A stretch of DNA of 64,000 nucleotides, taken from NCBI RefSeq assembly GCF_009914755.1, contig NC_060926.1, one strand, 5' to 3'. Below, piece after piece: positions 54,233-64,000 of this stretch; position 1 is the first letter of the stretch, and the number at the start of each line of letters is the position of its first letter. A program made the position numbers and the translations under genes. The notes beneath the pieces were generated by a model that was not told where the DNA came from, did no database searches, and saw nothing but the letters and a program-made list of their open reading frames with translations. This DNA comes from the human T2T-CHM13v2.0 reference genome, Homo sapiens.

Positions 54233-55473
54233 TGATCCGCCCGCCTCGGCCTCCCAAAGTGCTGGGATTACAGGCGTGAGCCACCGCGCCCGGCCTCGAG
54301 TTCTCCCATTTTTATTAAGTCAGTCAGTAAGAAAATAATAGATATAATATAATATAATAACTGGAGGTTTATCTGGTTCCAGAGCTAGTAAGCCTATTTG
54401 ATTCCAGGGTTCTCATGTGAATGTGGCCCCTTTTCTATTACTAGCAACTTGGTCCTTTAAGTTAACACATGCCCAGATACCTGCTAAGACCCAAATCTGG
54501 GAAGAACAATTGGTATGTCCTGCAATGCTCTTTTTATCTACACTTTAAGCCCCAGAGTTAATTAAGGAGAGGTTTTCCCTGATGGCAGCCCACAAAGCAT
54601 TTGCACTTTTAGTTTGTAAACCAAGTTCAGCTAAATACCTTTGACAAAAGCTTTACTTAAATCTTGGCTTTAAAATAGAATGTAAATAAGGGTTAATTAA
54701 TTCATTTGTTAATTTTGCTACCCTACTGGGGACATTAACTCACTGCCATCTTTTGTGCAAACACTTAATCAGTGCTTCTTGCTAACTTGTGGATGGTGAC
54801 TGAACTTCTCAGTTATATTCTAAGTATGTGTATAAAATTATAATAGATTTGACCTTGATGAAACAGTTTTCTTGGGATAGGGAAAATGGATATTTCTGAT
54901 GCTTCTAAGTTTTTATTTTAAGGTTCATCTGGTAATTAATATAATTCTCGAGAAACAAATACCCACCTTGGTATTTAGGAAAAATCTGTTTAATATTAGA
55001 CAAAGTAAAGGAACTGACGGAGGATTTAAACATTTCTACCATTTCTGGGAAAAAGCTACACTGTATTATAATTGTAGCCATAGAGAACTATAAACAAGAT
55101 AAATGGTTTTCTGTAGAAATTCCTAAAGTAGTTTAAAATGCCTAAGAGCCAAAGGGGTGTTTAGAATTATCTTGCTACATCTAAGATGAAGGGAGTGAAT
55201 ACGAGATTATTAGGCGAATGCAGATTCAAACAAATGATCTTGGTTTATATATGAACTTCTCATGATTTACCAGTCTACCTTCTTAATGTAAAATTGAAAC
55301 ATTTACCTGCCAAGTTTTTGAAGTAAGCCTTTTAAAAAGAAATAATAATGTAACAGGAAGATACGCACCTAAGACTCTGAATGGGACTCACTTGTATTTA
55401 ACACATGACATTTCAGTTCCTCAAAGGACTAAGACACTAAGTACAACCAAAATGAAAAAAAGGTCAAGCATGG

Positions 55474-55568
55474 GTACATTAGAAAATGCACATTAATGTA
55501 CATGAATCTAATGTACATTAGAAAATGCACATTAATGTACATTAACCTAATGTACATTAGAAAATGCA
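55474..55568. repeat. 39-bp palindrome-rich tandem repeat x2.4
   Basis: Units begin GTACATTAGAAAATGCA at 55474, 55513 and 55552. Confidence 0.9.
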
Positions 55569-55784
55569 AAAAGTCTAGAAGATAAGCCCTATCTAACTTT
55601 ATGAGCAGTGTGATTAGTTGCTTATGAATAAGTTACTGGTTATTGATGTAAATTTAGGAGAAAGGCATTTAAATAAAAGACCTAAAGTGTTTTGCCATTA
55701 CTTTAGATTATTCTCCTATTTGTCTCTCTAAGACAATGCTCTTCAAAGATGGTAACCATAATTTTCCAATACTCAATTTATTCT

Positions 55785-56297
55785 AGGCTGGTGGTGCTCA
55801 AAGTGTGGTCCCTGGACCAAATGTGATGCAGCCAAGCCAGCATCACCAGAGAATTTGTTAGAAAGGCTAATTAGTGGCCAGCACAGTGCCTCACACCTGT
55901 AATTCCAGCACTTTTGAGAGGCTGAGGCAGGATGATCCTGCCCAGGAGTTCAGGACCTGGGCAACATAGGGAGATCCCATCTCTACAAAAACAGAAAAAA
56001 ATTAGCTGGGTATGGTAGTACACACCTACGGTCCCAGCTACTGGGGAGGCTGAAGTAGGAAGATTGCTTGAGACTGGGAGGTCAAGGCTGCCGTGAGCCG
56101 TGATGGTGCCACTACATTTCAGCCTGGGCAACAGAGTGAGACCCTGTCTCTAAATAAATAAATAAATAAAATAAAGGCTAATTATTGGGTCTCCCTCTAG
56201 ACTTAGTGAATCATAAACTCTGGGCTGGGGCCCAGCAATCTGTGTTTTAACAAGTCCTCCTGGGAATTCTGATGAACACAGAAGTTTGAGAACTATA
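55785..56297 (+). mobile_element. MER5A split by an Alu
   Basis: gtgctcaaagtgtggtccctggacc...[Alu]...gggcccagcaatctgtgttttaacaagtcctcc...gtttgagaac. Confidence 0.7.
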
Positions 56298-56996
56298 CTT
56301 CTAAGTCAATCATTGCTAAAGACAGCAGGGCTCTTATTTTTCATATAATATATTTAAAACAAAAATATGGACTTTGCAAAACGAAAATAGGAGGTGATAT
56401 TAACTAATGTGGGTTTTGTTTTTTGTTTTAGAGACAGGGTCTTGCTGTTGCCCAGGCTGGAGTGCAAGTGTGATCATAGTTCACTGCAGCCTCAAACTGC
56501 TGGACTCAAGGGATCCTCCCACCTCAGCCTCCCAAGTATTAACAGCTAGGACTACAAGTGTGTGCCACCATGACTGGCTAATTAAAAAAACCATTGTTTT
56601 TGCAGAGACAAGTTTCTGCTATGTTGCCCAGGCTGGTCTCAAACTCCTGGCCTCAATGGATCTCCTGCCTTGGCCTCCCCATGTGTTGTGATAACAGGTG
56701 TGAGCCACCATGCCCAGCCAACTAGTGTTTTTATATAGGGCTTTTCACATCTATTAATATCTTCTCATAACTAATAGGTTAAAATCTAATTTTGCTTTAA
56801 TTGTAATATGGAGTTGTTCATGTAGTTTTTGGCCATTTGCATATTCTTTCAGTAAATTGGTTCATGTCCTCTGCCCATTTTCTACTGATATTTTACTAAT
56901 TTTTAAATATATCTTTCATATTAAGGAAATCAATACTTCGTCATGTGTTGAAATTATTTCTCCAAGTTTCCTGTTTATGTTTATCTTTACCTATAG

Positions 56997-57395
<399 letters not shown>

Positions 57396-57672
57396 TGATA
57401 AAAATAATAGACTGGGCGCGGTGGCTCACGCCTGTAATCCCAGCCCTTTGGGAGGCCGAGGTGGGCAGATCACGAGGTCAGGGGTTCAAGACCAGCCTGA
57501 CCAACATGGTGAAACCCCATCTCTACTAAAAATACAAAAATCAGCCGGGCTTGGTGATGTTCACTTGTGATCCCAGCTATTTGGGAGGCTGAGGCGCGAT
57601 AATCGCTTCAACCTGGGAGGCCGAGATCACGCCATTGCACTCCAGCCCGGGTGACACAGCGAGACTCCATCT

Positions 57673-57728
<56 letters not shown>

Positions 57729-58106
57729 TATTCACCACCATTTCTTTCTAGTACATTTCTAGTACTCTGTGGGCTTTATTTATTTTACATTAAAATATTT
57801 GATCCACTTAGAATTTATCTTGATGTAAGGTGTATGGGCAGCATTATTTTTCTTTTTCCAAATGGCTAATTAGTTCCCAATTCCTAATATGGAATAATAC
57901 TTTTTTTGTTCCACCAATTTGCTATGCCACCTTTACCATGTATTAAATTCCCATATTACTTGGGTCTATTTCCATACTTTCTGAATCTTTTTGACTCTTG
58001 TTCTAGTGATCTTTGTATCCTTATTCCCATTATATTGTTTTACAATACATTTTTATATCTGATAGAAACAGTCTCCCTTCATGTACATAAAACTTTGAGA
58101 AGTTAA

Positions 58107-58493
<387 letters not shown>

Positions 58494-59996
58494 TTAAAAT
58501 GAGATGCACCTGTATAATAAACACCTCAGGTAGTTAAGAACTAATCCTGGCTTTAGATATTGGACGTTCTGAACATCTCAGATGCTTTTCATTTTTATAT
58601 AAGGATAAAGGCATTGTACAAGTTTGGTGGGTTAAACTAATTAGACTGATTGTTTACATGTTTATAAAATTAGCAAACATGGTTCAATTGTTTAATAATG
58701 TATAAACTTTTAATAATTAAAATTACTCTACTTTGCATGAACCAAAGATGTATTACCTTGGAAAAATACTGCAATAATGCTTTCAGCCTGATATATATTA
58801 ACATTGAAGGAGGGAAGAAGGAGGGAAGGCCTGAACAGCAAAGCATGTTTTAGCAGTCCCTTTCATTCAGTGAGAACATTCGTTGGAACTTCTGTTTCCA
58901 TTCTGCGTATTGGTAAATGTTGGATGGAACCGATAGTCACAATAATAAGAATAGTTCTGCTGCGTACACAAGCCATAAGCTGATATGTAAGAAGTCACTG
59001 AAAACCTTATTTTTTTCAACACCACACATACTCATAAGACAGAAATATGATAGAGAAGGCTAAATAGTAGTATTTCAGCAAAGGAATCTCTCAAAGGGAG
59101 CAACAGTCACATTGGGAGCCAATGTGAGCTTCTTAGGCGGAAGCATCGAGCTGTGCTAAGTAAGAACTAAGCTTTTTCTGTTTTATTGAGACAGGGTCTC
59201 ATTCCATCACCCAGGCTGGAGTGCAGTGGTGTGATCACGGCTCACTGCAACCTCCGCCTCCTAGGCTCAAGCGATCTTCCCTCCCACCACAGCTACCAGT
59301 GTAGCTAAAGCTACGGGTGCACACCACCATAGCTGGCTCATTTTGTATTTTTTGGAGAGATGGGGTCTCGCCATGTTGCCCAGGCTGGTCTCAAACTCCT
59401 AGGCTCAAGTGATCTGCCTGTCTCAGCCTCCCAAAGTGTTGGCCTCCTTTGGCCTCCCAAAGTGTTGAGCCACCGCACCAGGGGCTTTTCCTTTTCATTG
59501 TCTTTGGGTAGCAGCCTGCCTGAGCCACCTCCCCAGACCCCTCTCTGAGAAAAAGTGAGGTAACAAACTAATGGGAGGGTTAGCCTGGGAGAAGGAGACT
59601 TGAGTACTGCTTGTAGGTACTTTGGAAGTATTAAAGTCCCCCTAACTAGATCTCTCACTTTTAAACAGTATATCTTAAATGTGCTTTCAGGGAAGCCAGA
59701 GGAAGGGAAAAGTCATTTTGCTTGCTGCTTTGACATTCACATCATTTCTGTCCCTAAGCCCCTGAGCTGGTGCTTATTTCAAGCACTGCAGGAAAACCAC
59801 GCTCCACCGAAGAGGTTGTTACCTCAGGCCTCTGAGCTCATTCCACGCTGCCTCCCTCTCTGACTCCTGTGTCTTCTGCTACCAAGGGAAATTTGCTTGT
59901 CTCTTTGCAATCTAGAATTTGAAGATTTTCTTTCCAATCATTGATATAAATTGCTTTTCCCCCAGTCTTTTCATTTAAATTTCCTTTCCACCATCA

Positions 59997-60349
<353 letters not shown>

Positions 60350-60423
60350 TTAAGATACTTCAACCTCCCAACTCTCAGAGCCACACTAGATCTTTCAGTC
60401 TAAGTTAAATCAGTTCAAGTTAG

Positions 60424-60829
<406 letters not shown>

Positions 60830-62505
60830 TATTTTTCATATGAATTACTTTTTAATGCTACCTTCCCTTGTTTTCTCATCAAAAGGCTACAAAATTCTTC
60901 CCATTAAATGTGGTGGTGATGATCCCAACTACACATCAACCACCACAAGTGAGACTAGTTAAAGGTAGGTGGCAGAGTCCTTTGCCCCCCAGGTTGGTTT
61001 GTGGGTTCCCCAGATTTCAGGGCTACTGCTGTGACAACAGGGTAGGGCAGAAAGGGTACTGCTCTGGGATTCAGCAGCCTGGATCTTCCAGTAGCTCCAG
61101 GTGTGGTTTGGAGGGGGATTCCGGCCTTCAAGGAGGTGGGAGACATGGGCAGACTATTGCTAAGCTCCCCCTAGCTCTACAAAGGTTCGATGCTCTAGTA
61201 TAATTTTGTACAGAGGGTTAACATGGGCTGCACCTTTCTCTCTATTTTAAGTGCTCTGAAAGCATCAGGAGCTGAAATGATAATTATTAATGGTAGCTGT
61301 AGATAGTTGTGAAGATGTTTCCTGAGGTAGCATTGTTAAGTGGTTTAAATATTCAGAATTCTGCAGGGGCTTAGTAAAAGTGTGATAATATACATTAGAT
61401 ACTTAAAAAAGATTTTTTAAAAGACAAATTTAATGAGGTATTACTATCTGTACTCCTATAATTAGTTGTATGAAAGAAGTCTTAAAAATAACAAACATGT
61501 ATTGACAAAACCAAGATACTATTGTACCCTTTGTAATTCTAAAGCATAAAACAGTTCATTTCAGAACATACTGCTCAGTCTGAAAAGTCAACACATTTTG
61601 TTTGGAAAGGTAAATACTCCTTCTCTTCCCTATTGTGTGTTCAGGTTACTTATTTACAGTCCCATGGGGAAGAAAAAGCACATGCTAAAAACCGACCTAA
61701 AAGATGTTTTGAAAATGAAATTACCTGAGTAGCTTAGCAAAGCTCACATTTTTTACATCATCTCTCTCCTGACATTAAAGTCTCCACTGACCCAGTAAAA
61801 CACATCCATCTCCAACATATGATAAGGATGTAAGCCATCACTCAATAAAGTCACATATCTCGGTAATGCCTACTTAAATAATGAATTTCCTGAAATCACT
61901 TTAAAAGCCATTTAAAAGAAAATATGTTAATAACTACAGATTATAGTTGAAATTACAGAATAAAGCAAACTCTCTATTCATTCATGAATTATTTATGGAG
62001 CAGTTACTAAGTGTTGTCTTAGATGGAGCAGTGAGCAAAATATAAAAAGTCTATTCCCTCATGGAGCTTACATTATTTCAAAACGGTGGACTGAACTGCA
62101 ATTTGGATTTGTATCTAAATCCCTTTGGGTAAACAGAATAAAAATCAGCCAACTTTACGGAAAACATCATGACAAACTATCAAACACAAATACAAAATGC
62201 TGAGCAATGGAGCAGAAGCAAAGATCTTACTCCTTTTGTCAATAAAAGCTTAAAACAGTGCCATATGCCTGGTATGAAGGTCCAGCAGAGTGGTGGCTTG
62301 TCAAAGGTCACACAAATTAGTAGCTAGGAACGACATCGAGACTTCTTTGTTCCTAGTCCAGTGATCTTTTTGTTTTTTGTTTTTGAGATGGGGTCTTGCT
62401 CTGTCGCCCAGGCTGGAGTGCAGTGGTGCAATCTCAGCTCACTGCAACTTCCGCCTCCTGGGTTTAAGCAGTTCTCTGCCTCAGCCTCTCAAGTAGCTGG
62501 GATTA

Positions 62506-63012
<507 letters not shown>

Positions 63013-64000
63013 CTATTTTTCTGGTTCTGATACAATGTGATAAAAAATGCTGGATATAAAATTATATATTCAATATGATTCTAACTATTTAAAAATACAT
63101 ATGTGTAGAAAAATGGAGAAATAATGGAGAATATTTTCTTTAATTTTCTGTACTTTTCAAATTTTCTATAATAAATATCAATTAGTTTTATAGTTAGAAA
63201 GTTAAAATGAGTTAAACGATGAACAATTCCTCTTTAAACAGCAAAAAATTAAGCTGTCTGAAATGCTTAAAGCTAAGATGATCAATACAATATTAACCAG
63301 ATACCTAACTAGAAGCTTGGTAAGAAATGTGTCTAGGTGACAGCCATCTATTCAAGTGACCAAATGGCCTCAAAACACAATGGTGGCTTCAGCAGCTAGG
63401 ACTGTGTTTATAAATGCACCATATTTATCAAGTGGCTTAATGGCATAAAGGGTCAGGTCAGCCCTGAGGTTTTCACAGAAGTCTCAGTTATGTTAGCAGA
63501 CATTCTGAAACATTTTGACATGTGAATACAGAAGCCACCAGGCCAAGGTGAAATGTTATTTACCAAGTTACTCTTTGACTAAAGTTTAAAATCCAGAAAA
63601 ACTAGCATTGTGCTGAAGAGTTTTCATTAAAGAAAACTGTCATTGACACAATAAACACATTTAAGAGTGGGCAGTCAGAGCTGAAGAAGGGTCAAATTCC
63701 ATCTGGGGAGTCATCACCCTGCCTCTGCCATGCACACGACATGTGAGCTGTCTGGGCTTCAAGTTTCCCACCCCCAAAATGTCTAAAGGGTCCCCACAGT
63801 CCCTTCTATCTCTATTAGTTTATAATTCTAAAACACAAGCGAGAGTCTGGTCCTCCACCATTGGTATTAGAGAACCACTGAGAAAGTTCCTCAAAATGTT
63901 CCTCTTCAACACCAGAGAAAGAAAAGAACGATTAGAAACAAACAGCTCCTCTGAAAAGGTACTCTACAGAGGAGCAGAAGTTTCCTTTAGCTGCTTCTAG

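Overview
Primate (almost certainly human) genomic DNA, with about 60 Alu elements plus L1/L2/MIR, LTR and DNA-transposon relics. The only real protein-coding sequence is a minus-strand terminal exon (44723->44546, 58 aa + TGA) with the C-terminal Cys/His motif of the Rubicon-homology (DUF4206) domain. I recognise it as the end of PLEKHM3. It is followed by a ~7 kb 3'UTR (distal AATAAA at 37534-37529), and 44724-64000 is the last intron. About 1-37500 is intergenic; from memory this is the interval between PLEKHM3 and FZD5 on 2q33, but FZD5 itself is not in the window. Most other ORF-track entries are Alu or microsatellite artefacts. I found no new protein-coding system. The best leads are regulatory or structural: a SOX/homeobox/CCAAT-dense unique block at ~29-30 kb, a MER41 LTR with both tandem GAS (STAT) sites intact, a TTAA-flanked MER75 piggyBac with a relic PGBD4-like N-terminus, an AP-1/TEAD/G4 cluster at ~8-9 kb, a TCF-motif minisatellite and a PAS-adjacent STR in the 3'UTR, and several palindromic micro-rearrangements. 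Repeat family names come from recalled consensus sequences, not from a database search.
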